The notes beneath the pieces are model-generated. The model saw only the letters and a program-made list of their open reading frames with translations. It did not search any database and was not told where the DNA came from. A stretch of DNA of 64,000 nucleotides from Chiloscyllium plagiosum (taxonomy: Eukaryota). Both the position numbers and the translations under genes were made by a program. This document shows, one piece after another, positions 13,475-26,654 of this stretch; position 1 is the first letter of the stretch, and the number at the start of each line of letters is the position of its first letter. The stretch is taken from the NCBI RefSeq assembly GCF_004010195.1, contig NC_057751.1, positions 11,024,831 to 11,088,830 of the forward strand, given 5' to 3'.

Positions 13475-13825
13475 TCTCAGATTTGGAGAGTTTTAAAGAG
13501 ACCCAGTCTGAGATTGGGACAGATATGGAAAAGTTTAGACAGTTGAAACTTTATTGCTGGAACAGCACAGCAGGTCAGGCAGCATCCAGGGAACAGGAGA
13601 TTCGACGTTTCGGGCACAGGCCCTTCTTCAGGAAAGTCCCTCTCTTCCTAAAAGTTTAGACAGATCCACTTTGAGATTTGGACAGGTTTGGGTAGGTTTA
13701 AAGAGATCCTGTCTGAGAGTTCGACAGATTTGCAGAGGTTTAAAGAGATCAAGTCTGAGATTTGGACAGGTGTGAGTAAGCTTAGACAGATCCAGGCTGA
13801 GATTTGAAAAGATTTGAACAGACTC
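13475..13825. repeat. Degenerate ~37-bp minisatellite
   Basis: Repeats of ctgagatttggacag...tttaaagagatcc.gt, interrupted by the Penelope monomer at 13543-13649. Confidence 0.75.
13543..13649 (-). mobile_element. Penelope-derived terminal-repeat monomer with TSD
   Basis: Same unit; TSD aaaagtttagacag at 13529-13542 and 13650-13663. Confidence 0.85.
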
Positions 13826-13974
13826 GGGGTGTGAAATGTCCCAGCCGATTTAAACATTTACCGAATACTGTCCTAGAATATTAAATATAACTTAGGTGAG
13901 GAAAATTGTTTAATTTCGGTTACCTATGTTTGGGTAAAGTAAAATTAAATTCAGTAAATCCCTCTTTAGATTGT

Positions 13975-14142
13975 TAAAGAGGTTCTGGTCCCTGCCGCTT
14001 CTGGTTGTCAGTTTCAGCTGTCCACTGTAGTGGCCGGTATATTGGGTCCAGGTCGATGTGTTTGTTGATGGAGTTTCTGGATGAGTGCCATGCTTCTAGG
14101 AATTCTCTGGCTGTTCTTTGTTTCGCTTGCCCTATAATGGTA
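13975..14142 (-). mobile_element. Fragment of a second Penelope-like family (endonuclease C-terminus)
   Basis: IIGQAKQRTAREFLEAWHSSRNSINKHIDLDPIY resembles the R..LE.W....IN end of Penelope/Poseidon-type GIY-YIG domains. Confidence 0.7.
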
Positions 14143-14552
14143 GTGAAGAAGTTTCTCCTCATCTCTGTCCTAAATTGTCTACCCCGAATTTTTAAGCTGT
14201 GTCCTCTGGTTCGGCACTCGCCCATCAGCGGAAACATGTTTCCTGCCTCCAGAGTGTCCAATCCTTTAATAATCTTATACGTCTCAATCAGATCCCTCTC
14301 AGTCTTCTAAACTCAAGGGTATACAAGTCCAGTCGCTCCAGTCTTTCAGCACAAGGTAGTCCCGCCATTCCAGGAATTTACCTCGTGAACCTGTGCTGCA
14401 CTCCCTCAAAAGTCAGAATGTCTTTCCTCAAATTTGGAGACCAGAACTGCACACAGTACTCCAGGTGTAGTCTCAGCAGGGCCTGTACAGCTGCAGAAGA
14501 ACCCCTTTGCTTCTATACTCAATCCCTCTTGTTATGAAGGCCAACATGCTAT
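14143..14552 (-). mobile_element. CR1 LINE fragment, continuation of the tail at 12206-12430
   Basis: RTRGHSLKIRGRQFRTEMRRNFF; resumes where 12430 stops when compared with the 9004-9555 copy. Confidence 0.88.
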
Positions 14553-15580
14553 TAGAACATGGGGTCAAATCCCATTATGGCAAATAGTCAAATTCCAATT
14601 CAATAAAAATTTGGCATTAAAAGCTTATTGACAAGTGGCAAATGTATAGTCATTGCTGTTGGTATTAAAAACCCATCTGATCTTTTGGGAAGAAAATTTG
14701 CTGTCTTTACTTGGTCTAGTCAACATGAGACTCCAGAACCAGAACACTGTTGTTGATTTATGACTGTGCCGTGGGCAATTAGGGATGGGTAAAAATCCCA
14801 GAGACCAACAGAAAAGACTATTATCAAGTGCTCTGCTGCTTCTTGTTCACTTCATAGCTCTCATCCCAATCACTGCCATTAAGACACTCCTGCTCAGATT
14901 CCAAGATAGCCACTCTTACTAAAACAAGTTTGATTGAAATCAGAGCACACCCATGTGAAAGATTTCTCTTTCTAACGACAAGCAGAGAATTCCAAATGCT
15001 GCACCAAACAGCCAGGACTCTTTGCCACTACTGGATCCCACCGCGTTAATAACAAGAATACCTAGATGGGCAAAACTCCTCTGCAGAGACAAAAAATGAC
15101 TCAAGTGTTCGCTGCCAAAAGTTAACAACTTTCATAACTCACAAACCACGGGAGCTCAAAAGATACCTGAAGCACCGCAATGCTGAGTTCTTCAGCAGCT
15201 CCCAAATCAGGTTGCCAATGGCAATGATATATTCTCCTGGAGATTTGATCACCATGGCTTTGCCTACACTCCAGCCGACACATCGCTTTCTAAGATAATT
15301 GGAAAGCAAAAAGACTCATGATCCAACTAGATGATGCTTGACTATTGGCCTTATTGCCCCATTTTCATTAGTCTTTTGTTAATCTGATGAAGAGACAGAT
15401 TTAAAAAATCACGGCAAAAAAAAAGGTGTTTCACATCTTTCTGTTTCTTCTCTAGGGTTAAACACAGCAGTGTCCTGAAATTGATCTTCAATTCCTGCAT
15501 ATTCTTGGCCAATTGCAGGAGGTCTGGCAACCCTTCTCCTAAAAGATGTTTTGAATACAACAAATCAGCTAGACTGCAGA

Positions 15581-16045
15581 TAGAGTCATAGAGATGTACA
15601 GCATGGTCCAACCCATCCACGCCGACCAGATATCCCAACCCAATCTAGTTCCACCTGCCAGCACCCAGCCCATATCCCTCCAAATCCTTCCTCTTCACAT
15701 ATCCATCCAGATGCCTCTTATATGTTGCAAGGCCCCTCAAAGATCAGCAAGGTGGCCTTTGTGTGGAGCCACAGAAAATGAGGAAGATACTAAATGAATA
15801 TTTTGCATTAGTATTTACTGTGGAAAAGGATATGGAAGATATAGCCTGGACGGAAATAGATGGTGACATCTTGCAATATGTCCAGATTATAGAGGAGGAA
15901 GTGCTGGATACCTTGAAACGGTTAAAGGTGGATAAATCCCCAGGACCTGATCAGGTGTACCCGAGAACTCTGTGGGAAGCCAGAGAGTGATTGCTGGGCC
16001 TCTTGCTGAGATATTTGTATCATCGATAGTCACAGGCGAGGTGAT
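15581..16045. mobile_element. CR1 tail (minus, ~15581-15730) joined to an internal CR1 ORF2 piece (plus, ~15735-16045)
   Basis: tagagtcatagag tail; ILNEYFALVFT...VDKSPGPDQVYPRTLWE. Confidence 0.85.
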
Positions 16046-19000
16046 ATTCCCAATCACCTCATTCAATTTGGCTGTCCAAGTGATATTAATATGACCCCAT
16101 TTATGGTGTTGCCCATTTTCCTAACAACCACACCTAAACCAACTCAGGACCTTTCACAGTTCTTCATAAAATGGCCATACTTTTGAAGAACTTTGAATTA
16201 AAGTCATAATTTTAATGGTGATGAACCACTCTTTTATTTTCAGGATTCTACATGAAGGTCTTTTTGTGTAAAAGGCCAAAGATAAAGGGTTACTGGCAAG
16301 TCAAAATCAGCTGGGTTTGGAAATTTCACTGTCGGTCTTAGCTCCCCAACATGAATGAGTTTGTTTTTACATAATGGACAGCAACGTGGCATCCAAAACG
16401 GCCAGTGGCCAGGGGTTAATGTTCAAGGTAAACTAAAGAGCAACCATTTTGTCTTCCTTTGTCGGAGTGAATCTATTTATACACACAACAAATTTGCATT
16501 TCATCACTATCTGTGGAATGTGGCATTCAGGTTACATTTTAAAAGAAATATACCTGATAGGCTGTCAAATAATTTTGACATTCGGATGAATGATGCAAGG
16601 TGATACGTGAATAAAAATGCTTTCCCTTCACTGAGATCATCTGTTGGATAACTGGATCAATTATTGGATCAATACTTGAATCAATTGTCGTTGGGGGCCG
16701 GACTTGACCTTCAAATGTTACTCATTCATAAGATTGTCATTGCATTTTGACAGGTAACTCTCATTGATAGGAAAGGCAAAGAGTTTTCCTCTGGCAGTTT
16801 CACCTTTTCCTTGAGTGTACAGTTCATTTTTCAGAGTATCATCTGGTCCTTTTAGGTTATTCTGCTGAATCAGCAGAGATGCACTCCCCAGAAAAAAAAT
16901 ATGGAAAAAAGCATTTACCTTTCTGCACCATTTAGTGGGGTGGAAGGGGAAGCAAACCAAAAAAAAAGTTTCCATGTTTCTCATTTCTCTCTGAAAATTA
17001 GTAAATTGCCTGTTTGAAGGCCTCCTGCGTTTGGACAAATACGGCTTCAACACTTTACAAGTGTTTAGCTGGTTGAATTGTTCTTTATTAAATATTTATG
17101 CTCTCTCAAATCTCTCCCTTTTACTCACAATGCATCCTTAGCCCCACTCAACAACAGTGCTCAAACATGTATCAATTTCGGAGTTTGCATTCTCAACAGC
17201 TTTCATAAAAAAAAAAGTGCACCTAACTTGGCTTCCATTCTTCATGTGCCATAGATGCAGTAATCGGTCCTTGATGCCAAGTTCAGCCTTTTACAAGATA
17301 CTAAGCACACATTTGACCTCTCATGACAGGTCAGTTCTCCACAACAAGAAAAACAAGCAACCGCACCAAGGTACACATCAAAAGGGGCTTTTCAATACCC
17401 AGCAGACAAGGGCAGCACTCCCAGTTATAGAATGAATATAAAATGAAGCCCAACAACTCATATCTCTAAAACACATACAGCAATACTTGGGCAAAAGCAA
17501 TCCATTCAGGGACTGGCCAAGTGCAGCACTCAGCAAAGACTATCAGATCTGCACATGAGTCATGACAGGTTTATGCTGAGGAGAACAGAAATGAACAAGG
17601 AGATATATGAACAATGAAGGATACAGCCTCATTTGACTGTGAGACTAGTCTACACGTTTGCTCTCTTGTTCAATAGACTCAGAATTAGAATGTTAGAAGG
17701 AGTGTGAGTTTGTTTCTAAAACTTAACATATTAAAGCAAGGACAAAATTTGACCAAGTAATTATTTCTTACTTCCGCTGATTCAGGGTGAGATCCAAGGA
17801 CAACGTGTATTTCAGAAAACTCTTATCCGTTCAGCACCTGTAAACACTCCAAGTACTCTGATTCGTCAGCACAATCCACTTCCTCTTTTTAGGTTACTCT
17901 TTTAGTAATCATCCAACTTGTGATTGCATGCAACATGAATTAGTAATGACAACTAAATTTCTGTCAAGTAATGTGGTACAAGACACATGGAACAATAAAT
18001 TCCGAGCTGAGGAACAGCAGCAGGGCAGCACTCAAGAAGCTTCCAGAGTTTGACAAGTGGCAGGATGATCAGTCAAAATTCATTATTTCAAGAACTGTGT
18101 AACCATTATTACAGAAGCCTGGCAGTGCATTTCAATATTTGATGATGGATGTTTCTGCTTACCTCCACTTACTACTGCTCTTCAACACATCAATTTCCTT
18201 TCTGACTTGGCTTCACACCAAGCAAACGATGCTTTTTCACAGATTTTTACTCGGGCTGCTTAAACCCAAGAGAACTGTTGTTTCATTCATGTACTCCACC
18301 AGGTTGTAGCAATTCAACAAACTGCAATAATGGTCTTGCCTATTTTGCAGAAATCTGACACATCAGCATCGCGTCGATACAGATATGTGTAATTTTGACA
18401 AAGGCTACACTCAACAAAACAATTGTAGATACAAAGACTTACCCAATTTATATTAAAAACACTTATCAAAACTCTCAACTCCTGTCTATTATCCTGGGAA
18501 CACACTTGAGAAATAATGTAAAAGCTTGAGAGAGAGTGCAGGATAGATTCATGCGCACGGTTCCTTTGTTCTCCTTGGAGAAGAGATTTGATAGAAGCAT
18601 TCTAAAATATTGATGTACCTAGACAGGTTAGGTAAGGAGTAATTATTCCCATCAGTGACAGCATCAAAAACCACTGGGCACATATTTAGATTGATTAACT
18701 ATAGATACAATAAATAAGTTCTTGATCAGTAAGGGGATCAAGGGGAGCAAAGTGCACATGATTAATGTTGAATCAACCAAGATCCAACTAGATGGTGCAC
18801 CAACTGATGTTTCTATTTCTGTTACAAAACAAGCAATGGTACTGTGAAAAAGAATAGGTTTCATGCAGCAAGTAGTTAGGATTTGGAATCTGCTCACTTC
18901 AAAAAAGGAGGATTCAGGTTTGCTTGAGGCATTCAAGAGGAAAGGCAATTATTGTTAGCCAAGGAACAATGTGCAATGTTGCAGGAAGGTAGGCGAGTGG

Positions 19001-19979
19001 CACAAGGGCATTTGCTCCTTCAGAGGACCAGCATTGGGTTGAATGGCCTCCTTGTGTGCAATGATGTGACCAATATCTCAAAGCAAAATGAAGAATGCTC
19101 ATGATAATACTCAATTCTAGTTTGACAACAGAAATATGTTCTAGCTCTGAGAAAGGGCTATTGGACCTGAAACATTAACTCCTATTCCTCTTCACAGATG
19201 CTGCCAGATGTGCTGAGTTCTTCCAACAACGTCTGTTTCTGATTGATAGCATCCACAGTTCTTCTAGTTTTTACGAGATATTTTCTATGCCTGATTTCTG
19301 ATACATGGAAATTCACAAATTTGCAGGAGAACCAAAGTGAAAATAGTTACAGAGAAATAAACCTGCAGAATCACATAGGTAGCAAAGGGGCAATGGCACT
19401 GACTGAATTACTTTCCAGAGAGCCAGCATGGACCTTACAGGGTTGAATGATCTTTTTCTATGACTGTCTGACTGTAAAGAGTTGAATTAGTGAGTTCAAT
19501 TCGAGGACACGTGGTCATCATTTGATTAGGACAACACATAGCAACTGATCAAATTATACCAGTACCCAAATTGATATGATGTTTTGTGAAAATGTTTCAC
19601 TATTAAATCCCTTCTATCTGTGCCCCATTTGGCAAGTTAAGAACTGACTTTCAGGTATGAAATGCAATGCAGAAAGTCATCATCACTGGCCTGCTGCTCA
19701 GCATCAGGGTAAACAGTCAATGATTGAACCAAAGATTCTCATTGTTTCAACATGTTTTCAGTGCATATCAATTTTGAAATACAGTTATACAACACAGTAA
19801 TGCTCACCATGTTCCTCATGCCAAGGAACTAGAATCAAGAACTGACTACTTGTTGGGTACAACAAGAAACTACTTAGATCTCCTCACTTGTTGATCTATC
19901 TTCGATGATCTTCAGTTTGCTGCCATGTCTACTTACATCAAGCAAAATATTCCAGTTTAGAAACAATTCATTGATAATA

Positions 19980-20320
19980 AAGTATAAATAGACAAAGTCT
20001 GTTCCCTGGGGTCAGGGAGTCCAGAACTAGAGGGCATAGGTTTAGGGTGAGAGGGGAAAGATATAAAAGAGACCTAAGGGGCAACATTTTCACGCAGAGG
20101 GTGGTACGTGTTTGGAATGAGCTGCCAGAGGAAGTGGTGGAGACAAGCACAATTGCAACATTTAAGAGGCATTTGGATGTGTATATGAATAGGAAGGGTT
20201 TGGAGGGATATTGGCCAGGTGCTGGCAGGTGGGACTAGATTGGGTTGGGATATCTGGTCGGCATGGACGGGTTGGACCAAAGGGTCTGTTTCCATGCTGT
20301 ACATCTCTATGACTCTATGT
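19980..20320 (+). mobile_element. CR1 LINE 3' end (same subfamily at ~24440-24960 +, 30879-31280 -, 33633-33785 -, 38937-39255 +, 39405-39620 -)
   Basis: RGERYKRDLRGNIFTQRVVRVWNELPEEVV; tail gggtctgtttccatgctgtacatctctatgactcta. Confidence 0.9.
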
Positions 20321-23300
20321 AGGGATGTCCTAACAAAGTGATAACATTTAAGACAAGTTCCTGATGTCGCACAGGCTCCTCAACAGTTAACTGTTGACAG
20401 AGCAAAAGTGGGAAAAATTATGAAATATCTTAGTTTCCTAATTCTTAAAGCCAGTTGACAATTAAGGTTGGAAACCTTGATTCAATTTACAGAACGCCTT
20501 TGAAGTTGTAGCAATGACTTCGCCACAACTGAGAATCCAAGCTTAGCCAGAGTTCCTTCAACCTGAAGCCTGTTTAGTAGTTTTATGTCCAGCTTATGCC
20601 AACCAAAAGGAAAATGTATCACAGACAGGGTGAACTCAATGCTGGCCTTAATGAACATCCACAGACTAATGCCTATGTCACAGCAGAGGTCAATTGATAC
20701 AATATTTGGAATAGAATCCAGTGTATTTACCATTCACGAGCCCTGACGTAGTCAGGCCGTTGTCCATCATTATTCAGATTAGCAAATGCCACTACATGTG
20801 GGCTTTTGTTTTTGTGGTTATGCTATAGATTTCCCCTCACAAAATACAAAGGGAATTCATGCAATTGCACTTCTTTTACTGAAATTTGAAAACTGACCCA
20901 CATACTGCCTGAGCTGTTTCCACATCTCCTCTGCAAGTTACACATCAGTCAAGCAAGTTTATTTCAGATTCCCTATTTTATTTCTTTCTCCAAGTCACAG
21001 AATGTTACATTGAGTACAGGGGATTCTAATTTATTGAGGCAATTGTATTGCTTCAACCCAAACAGCAATGCACACAATGCAACTCCAAAACATAGTCAAC
21101 AATAAGTGGGGCTCCAATATACAAGTGCTTGCAGTAAAACTGAACTGTTTCTTATTTTCAAATACCTCTATGGTCCCACCCTGACAACTTGATTATCACC
21201 GTGATGAAGGGCTTATGCCCAATAAGGGCTTGTTCCTGATGAAGGGCTCATGCCCGAAGTGTCAATTCTCCTGCTCCTTGGATGTTGCCTAACCTGCTGT
21301 GCTTTTCCAGCATCACACTCTCAACCTTGGATTATCAATCTGACAACCTTGCCCATTTAATACTTCTGCATTCCAGTAAGTCTGGCCTCTTGACTTAACA
21401 ATTCCATCCATTCCACCCCTGGCAACAACATCATCAGATGCCAAGGCCCTCCGTTCTGGAATTCTCACTCTGCCCGTCATTCCTTCTTTAAAGCACCCCT
21501 TGTAATCTAATTCTTCAATCAAGGTTTTGGGCTATCATTCCTGATGTCTCCTTTTGTTGCTAAATGCCAGGTTTTGAGAGATTAGACACCTGCAAGATGC
21601 CTTTTGGTCATTGTATTTTCGATGATAGTTGCAACTGTAGAAACACCTGCCTGTAAGCTGAACACCTGTCTGACCATGAATGGGTGAGAAACTGTTCCTT
21701 AGCAGACAGATAGTCTTCACACTGAACTACACAGCCTTTCCTTGCATTAATAAATTAAACTCCTGGAGCTGCTGAAAAGCTTTTCATCAAACTAAGCCAA
21801 AATCTCTCAATGGGTATGTTCACACTTCCAAAATGCTATTTATTCCTCACTCAATGCAAATGAAATATTTAATTTATTTGTGATATTTATGAATTAGAAA
21901 GAATAATCAGTCGCAGTTGTGAAAGTTGTGCTTCCAAACGACCATTTGATTGAAACTTTGATTCCCTACCCTATTTTTTTTTAAAAAAAGAGTTTTCCAC
22001 TCCTCTGCAGAGATTTTGTGCCATTAAAAACAATTTCTCAATTTTTGGAGTGGTTTAGCAATTCCCTCCCTCTCAAGATACAAAACGACCAGGGTATCCA
22101 GCCCTCTGTTTTCCTACCAGCTCATCGTATGCACCTGGCTTCATGATGTTAGTGGGCAGGATTCCTTTCAGTAAAGGACTGTACCTGAAGAATGATATCC
22201 AACAGCAGGCCATATTCAGCCACTCTCCCTGACAAACTGGCTCGTGATCTGGAAAGGCTGTCCTTCTTTACTCACTCCAATTAGCTGAGGAACAGAATGT
22301 TTTTACTCAGAAAACAAAAGAAACACCAGGAGGCAGTGCAAACACAACTTGCACATAAAAATATTGTTGTGCACAAGGTTAAGATTCTTTTTCCAACTCA
22401 GCATTCGACTGAATGTCTCCAAAGCATTGGATCCCAAAATCATTTTGTGTTCTGCACTCCAAATAAGAAAGCATTCATGTCAAAGAGCACTGAATTCCCA
22501 AAAGAACTTAAGAGTTTGATTTCAATATGTTTGCATTTCAGCTGCTCTTTCCTGTAAGTGGGGACATTTACTGGGATACCAGTTTGACCAATTGTAAACT
22601 CTTTACCTGCAAGATCAGACAGTGATTGTGGTCCAAGTGACGACGAACAAAGAACATCAAAACTGGAACTGATCCATTTGTAATATATATCCTGTATGTA
22701 CTACCAACTATTCACTCCCACATACAATATCCATAGAAATCAGGATACGTCCAAAATAGCAACACCAGCAAACCTTATGACGTGTCTGCCATCCCTTTTG
22801 CAATGACATTACGTCCATCAGTTAATTGCAATTTACATCCGTGAAATATTCTTGTCCTCGTTCCTCGAGCCATGAACCATGACAGAAGGATAATAACTGC
22901 TGGATTGGAGCAGTGGCAAACTTCAGATTCACAAACGTTGATACAGTGCTCAATAGAAGTTTAAGCAGATGAACAGTTTATAAATACTTCGTTACAACAA
23001 TTTAACTCTATACTGCCCATCATGAGGAAATCTACACAAAACTACATTCAGTCCCAGAAGTCCTGAAGGAATTCACTAAGGATCAAGAAAAGTATAATTT
23101 TTCAATACAACCATGTTCCATTAGTGGTCAGTGGTTTGGCCAGCATTTATTTCCATACTTAGCTGCATTTGAAAAGGTAGACTGGGGATGCACAATTAAT
23201 AGTGGTCCAGCCAGCAATGCCCACATCCCATGAATCAATTAAAAACAAACATACAGATAATGCTTTGCAACTGACGCATGCCAACTGCTGGTCTGCACTT

Positions 23301-26300
23301 TTTATTTAAGCATGAAAAAGGCCTCGAAGCAAAGGACTGACTAACAAGAATTCTTGATACATTTTGCAAAAAAAAAATCTTTTGTAGCCTTCTTTAGGAC
23401 AATTTTGTACTGAGAAGTCTTGGATTACTCAATACAGGATGGCAGAATGTTGTTGGGTATCTACAAAACATTCATTTAGTGACATGAAAAACCGCAAGTG
23501 CAAAGCTTCTGAAATGTAGTAGTGCCAGCAGAATGTCACGCACTTCTATTCAGAATAGTCTGAATGGTATTTTACGCTCCAAATGAAAACTTGTGTATGT
23601 TTTTAAACTTCAAACAGCAACTATTTTGACAACAGAAGCTCATGATGAAAAGGCTTGTTTCTAACCCCTGACATTACTGTGCACAAGGTGAAGCTTCATG
23701 TTCTATCTCATTGCAATATCTTATCACTGAACGCCTCCTGACATTGGATCCCAAAATGATATTGTGTTCTGTACTCCAAACATGTTCATGGCAATGAGGA
23801 CAAAATTCCCAAAAGAAGTTATCAAGATTTTGCAGGAGTTCTCACATGATAGACAAATGGGCAACCTTCTCCATCATCAGCGGTAACAGCAGGGCACATT
23901 CTCTTCCAACCAGCTGAAGAGGTTTCACATCCATGGCCAGTGATTGTCATTCAAATGTGGGATAATTAAAAACCACAGTTCGTTTTCTCCACATCCTCCT
24001 GCCTCACATTACTGTGGAGTATTTCTTACTCAGCAAGAGTATAGAGGACATCTGAAGATGTAAAATACTTCACATACAATCAGTCGCTAAGACCAACACA
24101 ATCATTTATAAAGACAAAATTCCCACCAAATTCCTTTAAACCTAAACTCTCCAGTTTGCAGTGGTTTAATTGCCACCTATAACCCTCAGAAATGCAGTTT
24201 GTTGTATCTGCTCACGAACTAGTGTTGATGACACAGAGTGCTACCGCATACATTCTGCTTTTCTTCGCTGTTCTTCCTTTCCCAGAAGCTGTGTAGCTAA
24301 ACAGCAAATGAAACAAATGATTTGCAAGAAAGATTAGAAAGGCTTGAATTAGTGGTCAGGAGCAACAATCCCGAACATGAACAAACTAAATTGTTACTGC
24401 AAAACAAAAACACCTCAAATGATTTTCTGATCAAGTTATGTGGAGAGGCTATGACACACTTTGAGGGTAGGTGATGAATTGGAGGCATTGCAGAGAAGGT
24501 TCACTAGCTTTATTCCAGGTGTGGAAACCTTGCCTGAGAGGACCAGTCGAGAAGGTTGGCTTTGTATTTTTTGGAGTTCACAAGAATGGGAGGACACCTT
24601 ACAGGATCCTTACCAGACTGGACAGGATTGATGCGGACAGGCCGTTTCCCCTTGTGGTAGAGTCGAGGACCAGAGGGACCACTCAGAATAAGGGAATGCA
24701 CATTTAACAAAGATGAAGAGGAATTTCTAATCTCAGAGGGTATTGAATTTGTGCAACTCTTCACTGCAGAGGACTGCCAAAGGAAGTGGAAGCTGGGACA
24801 ATTACAACATTTAAAAGGCATCCGAATGGGTACAAGAATAGGAAGGGTTTGGAGGGTTTTTCGCCAAATTGGACTTAATTAATTTCGGCGATCTGGTTGG
24901 CATGGGAAAATTGGACCATAGGGTCTGTTTCTGTGCTGTACATCTCTATAATTCTCTGACTGTCAAGGGTAAGTCATGAAGTCAGTTCAAGGTTGAGATC
25001 AACACATTTACAATCAGTAAGGGAATCAAAGGTTGTGGTGATAAGCAAGAAAGTGCAGTTCATGAATATCAGATCAGCCATGAGCTCATTGAATGGCAGA
25101 GAAGGTTCGTTGGAACAAATGGTCTACTTCTACTTGTACACCCTGTGGTCTTCTGAAACTGCAGTGATTGTAACAAGAACAGCCAGCCAGAACTCCAAGA
25201 ATCTGAGTTCCTTGATTCGGACAGATTAACAGCCCCCATCAGGGAAATCTGGCTGACAGGTAATAACAGAGGTGTTCGAGGTTTTGTTCACTGAGAGCTT
25301 TCTCTGAGGAAGCAGTGTTAGTGTCAAGGATTTTGCACATGTGTAAATGAAGGATGGCCCAACCCCATGGAGTTATTTCAAAAACTTATTTCCTTGGTTA
25401 ACGTCCTTCACAATATGGCAATGGGGGGGGGGCAAACAAGTCAAATGTAGATGATCCCGTGTAGCAAGTTAGCTGATTTGGGTTGATGAGGCCAAAGTTG
25501 GCAGTCAAAATCAGCCGGGCTTAATTATAAAGAATTATGGTGGAACTTAAGCCTATGAATGTCTTTATCTGATGCTCAAGCATACAATTCCTCAAAGATC
25601 AACACTGAGCAGGACAAAACATCTCAACTGATTTTGCCTCAGTGACAGTGGTGAATGAGGTGTCACAGTGTGCCATTAACACAAACTCAGGTCAAGAGTT
25701 TGCAAGAAGCAGAAGACCAGTAAATATACCACGACCTCCAAGATCTCCACCAAGCAACACACCACTGACTTGGAACTACGGGGCCACTAATTCTCTGATG
25801 CTAGGTCAAAATTCTCCAGCTCCCTTCCTAAGAGCTCTGTTGGTGTCACTCTACCTCAAGGACTTCAAGACGACAACTCACTCACCAACCTCCCAAGGGT
25901 CATCAGCAATGGCAATAAATGCTGACCTGGCCCCATTCCCAATCCCATTCCACCCAACGAACATTTCATCCAAGAGTGCTCCATAAATGGCCTTTCCCCT
26001 GAATAGAGACAATATTTTGCTCCATCTTGGGACCAAACTGGAAGGAAATGAAAGCACCATGAATCTGAAACAGAAGCAGAAATTGCTGGACAAGCTCAGC
26101 AGGTCTGGCAGCACTTGTGGAGAGAAATCAGAGTTAATGCTGCAGGTCAAGCCACCCTTCCTCAAAACATCTGATTTCTCTCCACAGTTGCTGCAAAACA
26201 TGCTGAGCTTTTCTAGCAATTTCTGTTTTTGTTTCTGATTTACAACGTTCGTAGTTGTCAGCTTTTACTGTGAATTCTGACATGGGCAGTTAATGATATA

Positions 26301-26339
26301 TTTCTCACTTTAGCAACAACATGGCATGGTGGCTCAGGG

Positions 26340-26654
26340 GTGGCACAGTGGTTCAGTGGTTAGCACTGCTGCCTCACAGCACCAGGGTCCCAGGTTCAAT
26401 TCCAGCCTCGGGCGACTGTTTGTGTGGAGTTTGCGCATTCTCCCCGTGTCTGTGTGGGTTCCCTCCAGGTGCTCTGGTTTCCTTCCACAATCACAAAGAT
26501 GTGCAGGTTAGGTAAATTGGCCATGCTAAATTGCCCGGAGTATTAGGTGCATTAGTAAGAGGGAAATGGGTCTGAGTAGGTCGCTCTTCGGAGGGGCAGT
26601 GTGGACTGGTTGGGCCAAAGGGCCTGTTTCCACACTGTAGGGAATCTAATCTAA
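26340..26654 (+). mobile_element. tRNA-derived V-SINE (elasmobranch HE1-like), near full length
   Basis: A box tggttcagtgg, B box ggttcaattcc, V-domain tgtgtggagtttgc.cattctccccgtgtctg...ttggccatgctaaattgccc, CR1-like tail and (aatct)n end. Confidence 0.85.

Larger units (their letters stand above)
12138..14800 (+). mobile_element. Second SINE family copy split by a 2.35-kb nested stack (head 12138-12205, body 14555-14800); other copies ~5700-6140(-), 38800-39715(+), 45160-46095(-), 63040-63325(-)
   Basis: The halves are colinear with the other copies (aaacccatctg, tgactccaga, gggcaattagggatggg motifs). Confidence 0.65.

Noticed and set aside
13475..13825. Regularly spaced ~37-bp repeats resembling a CRISPR array
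   Set aside because: Degenerate tandem units without unique spacers, no cas genes, vertebrate intron.
13974..14261. Apparent CR1-Penelope fusion ORF
   Set aside because: Coincides with the junction where the composite insert interrupts a CR1; in-frame by chance.
16804..16861. Candidate NSD3 exon NNLKGPDDTLKNELYTQGK
   Set aside because: 58 nt with the available donor, which would shift frame between two phase-0 junctions; no clear homology.
17772..17837. 66-nt segment with good minus-strand splice sites
   Set aside because: Contains an in-frame TAA; could be a poison exon but has no supporting evidence.
26340..26412. tRNA-like sequence with A and B boxes
   Set aside because: It is the head of a V-SINE continuing into SINE body and tail, not a tRNA gene.
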